NCBI GenBank assembly: GCA_976551045.1
Contig: CDPCPM010000007.1
Coordinates: 21,390,001-21,454,000 of the forward strand
From: Glaucostegus cemiculus
Taxonomy: Eukaryota
Reading direction: 5' to 3'
DNA: 64,000 nt
Positions 39,336 through 52,155 of this stretch are shown here, piece after piece. The notes under the pieces are model-generated. The model did no database searches. It was not told the DNA's origin and was given only the letters and a program-made list of their open reading frames with translations. Each line of letters begins with the position of its first letter. Position 1 is the first letter of the stretch. Both the position numbers and the translations under genes were made by a program.

Positions 39336-41722
39336 CCATCCTTGATTCTATTGCTGTTTTCTTCCCCATAATTAAATAGAGTAGTGGGTAATAATGAGGG
39401 GAATATATAATTGCAACAACAGATTCATTTATATAGCTCTTTACAGTAATTCACTGAAGTGTAATTGGAAAACAATTTGAGGTGGTGGTGACTAAAACCT
39501 TGTTCACTAACCTCAATTCTAAAGCAGTTGTTAAGAGAGAGAAAAAAGTAAAAAATTACAGAAGTTTTTGAAATGGAATCGAAATCCAAGAAAAAAATGT
39601 TCAGGCCTCCCATCTGTCATAAATGGAACACTGACCACCTCAACCTAAGGCCAGTAACTCAGGAGGGGTACACATTCCAGTGCTGGGATTTTGTACTTTC
39701 CTGACTTGGGTGCTTCATTACTGAGACTAAGAGTCTCACCAAAGACCAGAGGTTGCCTGTGAGCAATGATGGGAAATAACAGACTTAGATATCAGTGTGA
39801 TCTCTGACAGAAGAAGGCAGGTCGAAGCAGAGCTCCATTGCTTTGCTCTTTGCTTGGTCTCATGGTTTTCAAATTTCTTCTAAATTGTGAATTCTCATAT
39901 TGACATCAATGACTCTGTCTAAGAAAGTTACATGTCCCCTAATTGAAACTAGCACAAGCATAAATTGCAGCATCCAGCAAATTGGTTTGTGCAGTGGCAC
40001 ATGAAGTGGTTGAACATGTTGAATGTATGCAGAAAAGTCACTTCATGACATCAGTCCTCATGCAACATTGATTTTACATCAGACAAGTTGTTTTATGACA
40101 ATCCTGCTAACACCATGTATTAGTCACTCACAAAGAGTCTAATATTTAACAGCAGCAAGAACGTAACACCGGCCAACCTGACTGTGCTTTCTAAAGAGGA
40201 CCTTCATTGACTTGTGCAGTTGTGTGTGCTGAGAAGGGTTGGTAGTTCACTTCCATTTATAGAAACTTTGAAGATTCAGTAGCAGTAAGGGAATGCTGTG
40301 AACAATGTGAAGTTTTCCTTGAGCCTACACCTGCTTCATCAAAAGAGAAAAATTTGGTGCCTATAGTTCTGGACCTGCAGAATGAAGGAGTGGAGGAGGA
40401 AAAGAGTCATGGAGCAGAGTGGCACACCAAAAGAAGAAGAAAGAAAATAAGGGAGAGATGGAGACCGCAATACAACAGGTTTTCTGGCAGCATTTTCTCC
40501 ATATCAGAGACAGAGGAGCGATAGTTGAGGAGACACGTCTTCCCCATTGTGGTCCACAAGGGAGATCTGTAACCACACCTTCAGCTATATAGTAGGCTAG
40601 TGCTCTCTGTTGGTAGCATCCTAAGTAAGTAAGAGTTGTAGTAAATTTTTGTGCATCCAGCTCTTTCCAGGCTGGTGCTAAAGATATAAGTTGCATCACC
40701 CAGCTGCAGTCCACCATGCATAACTGAGGTTACGAAGGCTCCTTACTCAAGCAGAAAGCAACAGAGTGTGTAAGGGATTTTCTAGGACAGCAGGATTCCC
40801 ATGAACAAGGAATTATTGACCTCAATTAAATCCCCTCAGGAATCCTGAGATGTTCAGAAACTGAACAAGATATGGCTCCCTTAGTGTTTAGCTTATCTAC
40901 AATCATGGGCAGAAACTAATGATGATCAACACCCAAAACCTGGGGAACACTAATGGCAATTGTCATAAAGGGACAGTCCATTCTGTCATTTCTTTCTCAG
41001 CCAACAAGCCAGCGTTGAGGACAGGTCACTCAATATTGGTTCCTCAAAACCACCTGAAGCTGTCACTCAAGAGGTCAACGCTGATAAAACAAGAGTCACG
41101 CTGCCTTTCACAATGTCACTGAGCAGACAGTTGCTATTCTTAAGCAGTGCTTTTACTGCCTGAATCACTCAGAAGGTGCCTTGCAGTGCAGCCTGGTTTT
41201 AATCATTATTTGCTAGATTCAGCTGGAGCTGGCCATTCACAAAATTGTGTCCCGACAAGGCAATAAACTATGCAGTTTTCATTGTTTGGATTTGAAAATC
41301 ATAAATCATTATGAGGCGGGGTCATAAATTGTGTATGTGTATGTCTTGCATTGTCAAAGTGTGAGCAGCTTAATTGCAGAGTAGAACTTCTTCACGTGGT
41401 GGGATACACATGAAGATAAAGGGACCTTCTCACCACCATGCAAATTTCAGTGACTTCCACAATCAAGGTGCAGTGCCTTAAAAAATCTACAAGTTGCCTT
41501 ACAAATAACAATTCATCCTTAGTCAGTAGTGCTCATCATATAAACATGATATGGTAATGACTGTGCATTCCAAAGTGGAGGAGGTCGCACAGCTGTAGCT
41601 TTATACAATGTGCTTACTGTAACTGACCAAAGATGAGTTTCTAAACAATATTTTCCATAGAAATTGTACTCCATCTGCAGGTACAACTACATGAATAAAT
41701 ATCCTGCCTTTATTTTCTGTAG

Positions 41723-41826
41723 GAGCTGAAAACAATGAGGAAATCAGTCATTTGGATGATGAGATTAAGGAGCTGAATGAATCAAATTTAAAAATGGAAG
41801 CAGATATGATAAAACTTCAGACACAG
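41723..41826 (+). CDS. ST18: ST18 exon, C-terminal coiled coil
   Basis: ttctgtag|GA ... CAG|gtaaac; (G)[34 protein letters not shown]. Confidence 0.94.
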
Positions 41827-42222
41827 GTAAACATCAGCCAGTACCTGAGCTAAACACAATGAGCCATCTTTTTGCATTTTGCAGGAACTGTGGAAGTGGC
41901 TCATCTGAAGACATGGATATGCTATACTTGACTACATCTTTCAGCCACCTTATACAGTGTTTTGACAATGGTTCCCTTCTTTTAATGGCTGAGTTTTTAT
42001 TTTTCCAATTATTTTTCCACAGTGTTGACTAAATAGTACAGCTTTGTGATTTAGCTGATACTCACATTAACATACTCAACATGGCGTACATCCTAGTTCT
42101 GTAGATTAAGAACTGCAAAATTCTTAGTGCTACATTGTCAATAATAAATCAAAGCTGTATTTCTGTGAAATTTGTAAAGCGCCCATTATGTAATTAAAGA
42201 AAAATTATTTCTAAATTTTTAG

Positions 42223-42366
42223 ATTACTTCCATGGAGAGCAATTTGAAAACAATTGAGGAGGAGAATAAACTAATTGAGCAGCACAATGAGAGTTTGTTA
42301 AAGGAATTAGCTGGTCTGAGTCAGGCCCTTATTAACAGCCTCGCTGACATCCAACTCCCACAAATG
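42223..42366 (+). CDS. ST18: ST18 exon, C-terminal coiled coil
   Basis: tttttag|ATT ... ATG|gtaagc; [48 protein letters not shown]. Confidence 0.95.
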
Positions 42367-44444
42367 GTAAGCTATCAAATAAGTAACTGAAACTAAAACA
42401 TTTCTGAATAGCAAAATTATTATGAATATGTGAGTATTTCTGACCCCTTAAATCAATTTTCTAACAGATACACTTTGTGATGTCTTTGGGGCATTTCAGA
42501 CATTTAAGAATACACATCCCCCACTCACAGTTCCCTGTAGTGATTCTAAAAAGTACACAAGTAAAATTAAAATAAATGATAGAACTCTCCTATGCTTACT
42601 TGTTGGATGGTACTGATAGATCAGAATTAAACAACAATGTTACAAAATGTTGCTACTTTACTTTGAGGCCTTAATGACATTCAGAATTTCTATTGTGTAG
42701 TAAACTGGGAATGAAAAGCCATATCTGGGACCACTAATGAATGAAACACAAAGGCAATATGCCCTTAAGTCACATTCACATATTTTGGTGGAATTCCTTC
42801 TAAGAATAACTATAGTCCTAGTGGGAAGTGAATGTCACTTTAGACTTAACTGGTATCCCTACTAAAATCATGGGCATAGAAATATTTACTTCACCATTCC
42901 ACCTACCACCCCTCCCCACCACACTCCACTACCCCTCCCCCACCGCACTCCACCACCATCCCCACGATACTTAACCATCAAAGACACAAAAATATGGATA
43001 CACTGTTAAGTAGGGGTTTCCACAAACCCCAGGAATTTCAATTAGTGAATATTATGCCGGGTTTGAAGACTATACAGAACAGAACAAAATTGTGTGGCAT
43101 AACATTTGTGGTGAACTTCCTTCTCTTTAAAAAGGTTGTTACATTTATTTTCTCACATTTTATATGGTCAGTAGCAATGTAGGCACTAGCATTAAAAGAA
43201 CTGCCACAAAGATTTAGCAATCTATATATAAAGAGGGCAGACTTCCCCTTTTCTGATGTTGGTTCAGGCTTCAGTTCCAGAGGTCTCTGGGACAGTTTTG
43301 CCATCAATCAGGCTGAGCAGCCTGACTCACTAAATGGGACAGGAAGGAAACAACAATTTAGCCATATTTCAAAAAGTTTTAGAAAACACAAAATGAAGAC
43401 AGCAATTTATGCAAATGATGTAGGTAGAAGCTGAAATATCATGAGAAAAGTTTTTTTAAGAAAATAAATATTATATTAAGGTACATTACATTCTGAAATG
43501 TTCATCTGAGGTTGGTTTTATAGTGCTGGAGAGTTGCTAAGTAGTAATTATGGCTAAGTATGCTATTAAAAGTTTATTTGCACTTTATGAAACAAATTTA
43601 TTGCACTTCCAAGGTATTTTACCATAAGGATAGCTTTAAAAAGCTTATTTTTTTGTTGAATTAATGACTTACCTTGAATACTTTGGAGAAAGCTGCAAAA
43701 CCCTTATAGCCTGTGAAGCAACTGTGAGACGTTGAAGCATTTTTTAGGATTTCTGTGTACAATGATGCTCCCAAAGTTGCAGCCAGTTTCTTAAAGTTGC
43801 AGCCAGTTGCAAAGTCTACCATTATTGTAATCACAAAATCCAGGTCATAATATTGGCTGGTCATGGAAGCAACGTGACTCGTAATCAACCAATTGACAAA
43901 CCAATAGGTGCAAATTATGTATAGGATCATATTGCATTAATGCAGCCAATTCAAAACAGATAAACTGTGGAAATAAGGTTTGCATGATGTTTTATTATTA
44001 GTTCTAACTACAGGTAACCAACTGAAAATAAATTAATAACTAAATTAGCTTTAAAAATCACTTTATAAAGCAATAAAAAAGCCTATTTGATAGGGGTTGA
44101 TATTAATATTTTATTAAAGCATACTTACAATATCTCTCATAATTGTGTTAAAATGTTTAAGCATGGTTCAATGTTAGTTATTTTATGCATCATTTTTGAT
44201 TGCTTAAAGAGACATGAACCATAAGGCTTATTTTAACTTTTGACAGTGGCTGGTATGTATGGGCTGCCATTTTACATCACTGGTAATATTGCTACAAAGG
44301 TAGATGATCCATATTTTCCAGGAAACTGTGGGCATTTGTCTTTTTAAAGGCTGACATTGCCTTAAGTAACTGTAGTCAACTTTAGGATTTCAATGTGAAT
44401 GAAGATACCCTAAAATTGCAGTCAGCCACTCAAAAACACAAGAA

Positions 44445-44890
44445 AACAACACATAATGATAGGAGTAGGAGAGGTCACCAGATCCCTCAGCCTTGTCCTG
44501 CTATTCAGTATGATCATAGTTGATTTAAGCTGGCTCAACTTTTCTTCAGTGCCAGTTCCCCATAACCCCCAGTTCCTCAACCTATCAAATATCTATCTTT
44601 TTCCACTTTAAATATATCCAGTATTCTGGCCTCCCAGGCCTGCCCTTGGAGGCAAAGAATTTCAGAAGTTCACTCCTCTCTGAGAAAAGAATTTCTATAC
44701 ACATCAGTTTTAAATATTCACCCCCTTATTTTGTAGCTACATCCCCTTGTTTGTGACTCCTCCACTAGTGAAAACATCTCAACATCTACCCTAGCAAGCC
44801 CCCTTAGGATCTGAAATGTTTGAATAAGATCTCCCATAGTTTTTCTAAATTCCAAGGAATACAAATCCAAACTGTTTAGCCTCATTGTTT
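44445..44890 (-). mobile_element. CR1 3' fragment
   Basis: Minus ORF RLNSLDLYSLEFRKTMGDLIQTFQILRGLARVDVEMFSLVEESQTRG. Confidence 0.8.
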
Positions 44891-47714
44891 TTTTGTCTGA
44901 GTACACTCTGATACTGGACTTCCATGGAATTCAGTGTGGGAGTAAGAAGTTGAAGCAATTCCCAATACATATGGTGGGGAATCCAACATCTTGCACTAGG
45001 CTAGACCTTACACAGTAGTGCTCTACTATTCACTTCAATGGAAATTCACTGGAAGGGAATGACTCCCAGAGGCAAAGGTAAATATTAGGTAACTTTAAAT
45101 ATTTTTAGTTGTTGTGAACATATTTAACTGTTTATAACTGCTTTTAAATGTTTATGTGTGAGTTAAATGTTTTAGAATTATCCAGTATTTTATTCAGTTC
45201 TTATAAAGTGATTTATTTTACAAGTTTTTATACAAAATACTTTTTACATGTTCCTGAATGTTTTGAAAGTCTTAGATATTCAAAAACTTTTGAAGCATTT
45301 CTAAGCATTTGATAAATTTGACAGTACCTAAGTTGGGGGTTTAGTTGACTGTCAAAGTTTCTTCCAGCAATTTAGTTGGTTAGGCTTTTCCTTGCACTTT
45401 ATCCCACCTCCTCCTTCAGCTGTTCCCCACATTTTAGAAAGCCTTCGCTGTGAGGGTTGTAGCTGGTTCTGAACCACATTCCCACAAGGACAACTGTTCT
45501 GGGCTAATGCAGTGATCAGTGCTGTGTGCAGGAGGGTGGTCACTCACTAAATATCTACTTTCAAGTGCATTTTAATTTAGGGAGGAGATGGCTAAGGCAT
45601 TGTCTTACATACTTTGTAGAAAATGCTGTTATGCCAGACAAGAAAAATCAGGCACAAGATGATGGGCGAATGATATTTTGTGTGAATTTGGATTGGTGGA
45701 TAGAGAGAGCAAATATTTCTTTTGAGCATAACTTTATAGAGGGGAGTAAAATAGGTAGTTACTCTTAAGTGGATTGAAATAGTTAAGTCCAGGGGATAAG
45801 ATGAGGGACTAGTGGTCAAACACATCAAAAGCTGCAGATCAGGCAAAAACAGACATCTTTTTATTGATCCCTCAATAAAAGTATAATAATAGAGTAAAAT
45901 GTAGGGAGCAATGCAAATATCCAATTAATTCAATAACACAATAGCAAAAAATGTCCATTGTTAATATTCGATGGAGGTCATTTCAGGAGGATACTTCTTT
46001 TGTCAACTAGATGTGGTAAAAATCACAAATGGGCACAAACTTTGATTTTACAGCAAGACTGCATGGACAATCTTTATATTTTTTTCATAACCTCTTCTTG
46101 AAAAGTAGAAGGGCAGGTTCCAGTCAATGGAGCACAGTGCTATTTGTTAATGCTTGGTAAGAGTCCAAAATGCCAGTAACTGTTTATCTCAATATTTAAA
46201 CCTGTTTTATATTTTGTAACCTATATTAGCACATTTCTGTCAACTCCATGTACTGCTTGCAAAACACATTGGAATTTGTGTGCTTGGCTTTTTGATTTCA
46301 GTGCTTTATTGGTCAAAATCAGTCAATTCCAGAATGGAGCATAATTGCATTGATTTTTCAGGTCAAATTGTATCATTCTGAAAGTTGAGACAAGCTGGTT
46401 TGCTCATGAATTATGATTGTGTCATATCAGATGTATAGAGAATGGCATAATTCCACATGCAATATTCCTTTAGACCATTGAACAGGACAGTAACAATGGT
46501 AATGTGGTACATAGATAACAATGTTCTGAGTAACAGGAACACCCTCAGCTAAGTTCACTTACCTACCTGCTCCAATTCAGGTACCCAACACCCCTGTTCC
46601 ATTCACTCCATTCACTGATCTCCCTCCCTGATGTCAGATACATCCCCAGATCTTCTTCAACCCTGACTCCTCTATCACCCCTTGAGGCTGCTCCAACCCC
46701 TGATTCTTTAATCCGACCAAAATGTAACCCCTGGACCTCTCTTCCCCATGAGCACTGACTGAAAAGGGCCACGGAATTCAGAGGTGGGATCACAGGCGTT
46801 GCTTGGACTGGTGATCAGGGAGGGAGGGAGAATCAGGCAGATGATGGAGAGTCAGAGTTGGGAGCCTTCTAGCTAAGTGAGATTCCAAGAATGAATGGGG
46901 CCTCTGACTCACTGGAGGAGTGGGGAGGGGGAAAGATTACACAGGAGCAGCTACAGCTTCAGATGCTTGGTAATTACGTGTAAAAAAGTGATAGTTCCTG
47001 CAGGATTTGAAAAAAAACAACATGCATATTGACTTATTCAACTAAGAAGGGGTCATTTTAAAGCTTATTTTCAGCATAATCAATGATCTGAGATACATAC
47101 AGCTGATGAACTGATAATTCTGGATGAAGTGTTGGCAGGGTAGGTACGTATCTTTGTCCCAGGCCTCTCTATCCCCATTTGCAACACAGTCTTTAGTAAC
47201 AACCACCTTTCACATTAATAAAAGTCATAGTGCTCCAATGTTTGCTTCACCACCTTGTCCCAAGTCTGAAATGTGGTTTTACTGCCCGGTAGGATATGTT
47301 AGTTCTCTGCCTGACCTTGCCAATGAATTGGCTTTGCTTTTGTTTGTTGAACTAATTGTGTGATAATGCTTTTAGAGACTGCAAATCTGCAGATTGAACA
47401 ATGACGTACACATATCATATATAATAGTGCCTGGGCAAAAAGAATAAGATCGTCGATTCCCATGAAAAATCAAAGAGATTAATGTTATCATCAAAGAGAA
47501 ACCACTGTTGAAAAATATGCTGAAACAGAACTGTATTCATATCTCAACAAAAAAAGAATTTGGTTACACTTGAGGCATTAGGATATGGTCAAAATAAGCT
47601 ATTGAGTTCAATAGAGTAGTATTCTTCTCATTAAGATTCATTAGGTTATAAATTGGTCCACAATGGTAGAGCCCACAGTAAGGTAATTGTATTCCCATAG
47701 TCCTCAGCTGCTGA

Positions 47715-48422
47715 ATGTAGAGTTGCAGATGCTGGAATCTGGAGCAACAAACAAAATGCTGCAGGAACTCAGTGAGTCAGGCAGCATCTGTGGCGGGTCA
47801 ACATTTTGGTTCCGGACCCTTCATCTGAACTGAAAGATAGAGGGGAGATAGCCAGTATAAAAAGGTGGCAGGAAAGGTTGGGGCAAGAGCTGGCGGGTGA
47901 TAGGTGGATCCGGGTGAGGAGGGTGTGACAGGCAGGTGGAAGACGGAAGGTTGGAAATAGCGATATGAGGGGTGGAGGCAACAAAGAGCTGCAGACGATA
48001 GAATCTGATAGCAGAAGAAGGTGGAGCATGGAATCAACTCAGGGAGATGGGGTGGGCAGATAGGAACTGAGGGGGAGGAGAATCAGTGGAAGGATGGGCA
48101 GATGGAGTGGTTGGAGGAGGGGAGAAAAGGGTGATGGGGGGCTGGGGTGGGTGTGGGAGGAACTAACTAACTGAGGAGAAAATAGGGACAGAGGAGGAGG
48201 AATTGACCTGAAACTGGAGAATTCAATGTTCATGCCACCAGGTTGTAGACTACCCAGGCAGAATAGGAGGTGCTGCTGCCCCAGTTTGCATTTAGCCTCA
48301 CCCTGGCAGTGGAGGAGGCTGAGGGCAGACATGTCAGTGTGGGAATGGGGAGGGTAATTAAAATGACTAGCAACCAGGAGTTCCAAAAGACCATCTCGGA
48401 CAGACTACAAGTGCTCGGCAGA
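47715..48422 (-). mobile_element. Penelope-like element fragment (GIY-YIG C-terminus and pLTR)
   Basis: Minus ORF VASHFNYPPHSHTDMSALSLLHCQGEAKCKLGQQHLLFCLGSLQPGGMNIEF matches the PLE endonuclease C-terminal pattern. Confidence 0.75.
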
Positions 48423-49554
48423 CGCGGTCACCTCATCCACCCCTCCTTCACCCACTCCATCTGCCCATCACCCACACACTCCTTCCATCGATTCCCCTGG
48501 TCCCCATTGGTCCCACCTGCCCTCCTTACCTCCCTGATTTGATTCCATGCTCCAGCTTCCTCTCTGATCAGAATCAGAATCAGATTTATTATCACTGACA
48601 TTTGCAGATTCCATCATCTGCAGCTTTTGATGCACAGAGGGATCTTGGGGTCCAAGTCCATAGCTCCCTGAAAGTGGCTGCTCAAGTTGATAGGGTGGTA
48701 AAGAAGGTGTTTGGCATGCTTGTCTTTATTAGTCAAGGTATTGATGTCAAGAGTTAGGTAGTTATGTTGTTGCATTATAGAACTCTGGTTAGGCCGCATC
48801 TGGAGTATTGCATTCAGTTCTGGTCATCCCATTATAAAAAGGATGTTGAGGCTTTGTAGAGGGCTCAGAAAAGGTTTACCAGGATGCTGCCTTGATTAGA
48901 TGGCATTTGCTGTAAGGAGAGGTTGGATAAACAAGGATTGCTTTCTGTGGAGTGGTGGAGGCAGAGGGGAGAGCTGTTAGAAATGTATAACATCACGAGG
49001 GACATACATAAGCTAGACAGCCTATATTTTTTTCCCTGGTTCAAAATGTCTAGCATTAGCATGCATTTGAGGGTAGAGGAGGAAAGTTCAAAGGAGATGT
49101 GCAGGGCATGTTTTTCAGGGGTGGTGGTGGAGGCAAATATAATTGTTTAAGAGGCTCTTAGATAGGCACAATATGCAGAGAATGGAGGTTTATGAACCAT
49201 GTGCAGGCAGAAGGGATTAGTTTAATTAGGCATCATTACCTTAACTAGATCGCACAAAATTGTGGGCCGAAAGGCCTGTTCCTGTACTGCATTGTTCTAT
49301 GTTCTTTGTTGCCTTCACCTCCCAGCTTCTGTTCTATTTCCACTCTCCCTTTCTGCACCTGCCTATCTGTCCCCCACACCTGGATCCACTATAGCTTGCC
49401 AGCTCTTCCCTTCACCTTTTTATACTGGCTATCTTCCCTCTATCTTTTATTTCAGATGAAGGGTCTCGACCCAAAACATCAATTGTCCAATTCCCTCCAC
49501 GGATGCTGCCTGACCCCGTGAGTTCCTCCAGCATCTTGTCTGTTGCCCCAGATT
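48423..49554 (+). mobile_element. Inverted copy of the Penelope-like pLTR, split by a CR1 insertion
   Basis: 48423-48628 and 49305-49554 are reverse complements of parts of 47735-48150 (e.g. gatgctgcctgacc...agttcctccagcat). Confidence 0.75.
48629..49304 (+). mobile_element. CR1 3' fragment inserted in the PLE arm
   Basis: agggatcttggggtccaagtccatagctccctgaaagtgg ... ctggagtattgcattcagttctgg ... tail tgttctatgttct. Confidence 0.88.
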
Positions 49555-49861
49555 GCTGAATGATGTTGGGAGTTCAGCAGGGTCACTATGGGTTTGCTGA
49601 GCAGTGTTCAGTGGCTGATGAATTGTTGTCATTAGTGCCAAATGAGTCACATCACAGGCCAGATGTTCTGGCTAAGTGTGTAAACTACTTTTATACTCAG
49701 AGTTTCTATAACTCCAGGTAAGGTGAGACATCGTCATTCAGCCAAGCCACAATCAAATGCTCATCCAAATGTTGCTTTATATTGTGAAGAATCTTGACTG
49801 TTTACATTGAACTTAAACTGTATTGTACATTCATTGTGTTAAACATGAATTTTTCACTTAG

Positions 49862-50002
49862 GAGCCAATCAGCGAACAGAATTTTGATCTGTACGTGAAC
49901 ACTCTGACTGACATGTATAGCAGCTTGGAGAGGAATTACACCCCTGAAAGCAAAGCCCTTCTGGAAAGCATAAAACAAGCAGTAAAGGGTATCCAGGTGT
50001 GA
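49862..50002 (+). CDS. ST18: ST18 terminal coding exon with TGA stop
   Basis: cacttag|GAG; [46 protein letters not shown]; stop at 50000-50002. Confidence 0.95.
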   Translation, partial: EPISEQNFDLYVNTLTDMYSSLERNYTPESKALLESIKQAVKGIQV

Positions 50003-52155
50003 AACATGTCCGTGCCAGTTTCCTGGTGCTGCTTTTGTAAATGCTAATGACATTTTTTTTACTTATAGGCAGTACACTTCAGCTTCAAGGTGTTTGTCGC
50101 ACATGTAATAGTGGCATGTCTTAGAAAATGCAAACTCCATATTTACAACAGCCACATTGCAAGACAAAATAATAACCCTAATGGGTTGTAACTTCATCTT
50201 AAAAACAAAGTAACATGTATTGAAGCATCATAAAACATTGCTGTTTGTCAATACTCTGAGATGATGTTGCAGAGTTACAGCCCGACATGAAATCAACTTA
50301 GAAGCAGATTTTGGAAGTACAACTGTCATGTTACTTACAAAAAGATACAGCCTTGGAATTATGTAGTGTTGGCATTTGAAGCATAATACGTTCACCTAAA
50401 ATGGCCTTCTCTGCAACTTCAGCAGAGATGATAACCTATTTAGATAAATGGTTTTACGCCCCTGCTAAAATGGCAGAGGGACAAATTGCAAACAGGTTAA
50501 ATGTAAATACCTTAAGATCCAATTGCATGGTTTCAGGGCTGCTTATTTAAAATATCTTCAACCACATGCACCATGTGCAATAAGTAAAGAAGAATGTTGT
50601 GTAGTGCTAATTTTTAATAGTTTTCATATCCAGTTCATGTAGGTCTATGATAGGACATCGACTTTTTAAACAAAAATTGGAAGGGATGACAGCATTGAAA
50701 ACACTGCACTTACTTAAGATACTTTCCTTTTGCACCAGTTTTCATTTTTTTATATAATTTGTTGTAAAAAGTGAGTGATTGTGTTATTTTTATAATACAT
50801 TATTATTTATTCTTTTTAATTTAATTTTTTGTTAGTTTTAATTATGCAAACAAAGTTATTTAATGAAACAGATTTCTGGGAGAAATTTATAAAATTGTTC
50901 TGCTTATCTGGACTATAGAACAAGAGAAATAAACATTTTTTTATTAAGTGAGATTTCCCTTTGGGCTCTAAATGCAAATAACAAACAGAAATTATTTATG
51001 GTTTTTTTCTGAATTCCAAAAAATACTTTTTTTTTTGTTTTGGTCAATTGTGTTCTGATAAATTTATTTTCTTATTACTGTGTTTTGCTAGATATATATA
51101 TTCTTTACTTTTTATATTGCATTTTTTATGACCAACAAAGCAATCAATTTTAAGAATCATGCAAAAGGAAAGTGTAATGTAAAACACTGTCCTCTTGTGG
51201 TGATATAAATTTGGTACATCTGTTTTACAAAAATGCTCATCCTGGCAACAGTTCATGTCAGATACAGGCTGTATATCAGGGACCACTGTATAGTAACAGA
51301 GAAGCTATGGACTAGAGGAATCTCAAAAATCACTTGTACGAAAATGTTTTTATGGATTTTTTTAAACTGTAAAATCTCAAATTTCTTGTACACTATATTA
51401 GATCATAAATTCGCTACAAACTGCCTTTGTGTGTGAATGGCGTGTGTACGCACCCATATGTATCACATGCACATCTATGCATGCATATGTTCTTATGCCT
51501 GCAAATGCTTGAATGGGTTTAAGTGTGCACATGTATTTGTGCTTGGGACAGCAGTTGACGGTTAAAAGTGACTGGAAATATTGTATGTTAATTTTGCAGA
51601 TTTATTTCGGTTGATGAAACACAGTCTGTAAAACAAATTTTAAATATTCAGTGGTGCTAGGTATAATGTTTGTTCTTTGTGAGTTAGAATATGTTCTGTG
51701 GAATGTTTTTTTCTAAAATGTATTAATCAAAGGGCTCTTCCTGTGATTTGTTTCATGCACTGTCGGTCAGGATCCTCTCATATATTCTTTGTATGGGTTG
51801 TTTCATTTGAATCTGTATTACTTTATATTCAATGTGAATGTCATTTGGGGCATCACTTGAAGGTTATCACATAAGTTGCAAAACCTAGTTCTGATCAAAG
51901 TCATTCCATATTTTTAGTAGTGTAGAACATCAGTTACTTTGACAGGATTCTTTCAGCATTATTTACCAGTGACAACTCAGAACTAAGTGAAAGTTCTGAA
52001 AGTGCATCAGAAATAGCCTTTCAAGTACAGTATCATTTTTTCACAATGGCAATACCAATTTAACATCTTTGCAATAAATGACATTAAATTTACGATCACT
52101 AAATATTATCAGCTCTATGGCCAGTGGCAATAAAGTATATTTATAGCATGACATA
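50003..52155 (+). other. ST18: Probable ST18 3' UTR
   Basis: AU-rich stretch after the stop, with no recognisable transposon, ending in two closely spaced AATAAA hexamers. The 3' end is inferred. Confidence 0.6.
52073..52134 (+). terminator. Candidate polyadenylation signals (AATAAA at 52073-52078 and 52129-52134; a proximal one at 50928-50933)
   Basis: Canonical hexamers; the distal one is followed by a T/GT-containing tract (gtatatttatagcatgacatatgtttg). Confidence 0.5.

Noticed and set aside
46570-46960. Apparent inverted repeat (C-rich half followed by G-rich half)
   Set aside because: The complementary blocks are not in mirror order; more likely an old low-complexity repeat remnant.
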